In this document: positions 50,641 through 50,964 of the stretch, piece after piece
How the letters are laid out: each line of letters starts with the position of its first letter
Numbering within the stretch: position 1 is the first letter of the stretch
Origin: Guillardia theta CCMP2712
Lineage: Eukaryota; Protista; Cryptophyta
DNA: 50,964 nucleotides
Direction: 5' to 3'
Assembly (NCBI RefSeq): GCF_000315625.1
Contig: NW_005434614.1
Location: 192,284 to 243,247, forward strand
The notes under the pieces: model-generated
Databases searched by the model: none
Seen by the model: only the letters and a program-made list of their open reading frames with translations
What the model was told of the DNA's origin: nothing
Position numbers and translations under genes: made by a program

Positions 50641-50964
50641 CCGGAGGTCTCCGACTCCGATGGGGGAAACATCCCGGGGGTCCGCCTGGGGCAGCGGACG
50701 GAGGGAGGCTGGACCCTTTTATCTTCTGCCAGTAAATCCTATACAGTGGACACAGGAACACGGTACCGCTCGAGGTAGTCCTCCTCGCTAGCCTCCGAGT
50801 CAGCGGTAGCCGAGTCAGCGGTAGCCGCCCGTGACGGCGGCGACGCCGCAGCAATGCCCAAGGACCGGCGGGACCCGACCGATGCCGGGGAGGAAGCAGG
50901 CGAGCTCGGACCAGCAGCAAGCACCCCAGTGGTGTCGAGCTCTCCGGAGGCTTGCGATTCGTAC

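Larger units (their letters stand above)
45208..50964. mobile_element. Nested cluster of 5'-truncated CRE-like (RLE-type) non-LTR retrotransposon copies in both orientations
   Basis: At least 14 copies share the terminus ...TACCTTCTGCCAGTAAATC. Protein fragments resemble RT thumb and RLE domains. Several insertions have 5-7 bp TSDs. The cluster runs off the window end. Confidence 0.8.

Noticed and set aside
45774-50751. CRISPR-like repeat-spacer array
   Set aside because: The repeats vary from 19 to over 1000 bp, occur in both orientations and carry TSDs. The apparent spacers are fragments of the same retroelement. There are no cas genes and the context is eukaryotic.
45208-50964. Telomeric repeats or spliced-leader genes as the insertion target
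   Set aside because: No telomere-type tandem repeat or SL/snRNA motif is recognisable at the junctions in this window.

Overview
Gene-dense eukaryotic nuclear DNA with many short (~45-55 nt) GT-AG introns, (CCT)n/(GAG)n microsatellites, four N-gaps and bipartite signal-peptide + Phe plastid leaders. This pattern suggests a cryptophyte such as Guillardia theta (inference). From 1 to 44.5 kb there are about 18 protein genes: a GT77 + O-fucosyltransferase-like ER glycosyltransferase, a Tctex-1 dynein light chain, an EsV-1-7 Cys-rich repeat protein, a triple-GAF protein, a double-glycosyltransferase/PAN protein, a transmembrane collagen-like protein, a STYX-family phosphatase that keeps its catalytic Cys, a plastid aldo-keto reductase, mitochondrial lipoyl synthase, TPGS2, and an intronless 2OG-Fe(II) dioxygenase + GT-B glycosyltransferase + Zn-ribbon fusion. 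The last ~5.8 kb (45.2-50.96 kb) is a nest of one CRE-like non-LTR retrotransposon family repeatedly inserted into itself, with a shared 3' end (...CCAGTAAATC) and 5-7 bp target-site duplications. Exon boundaries were read by eye. All domain calls come from motif recognition, not database searches.
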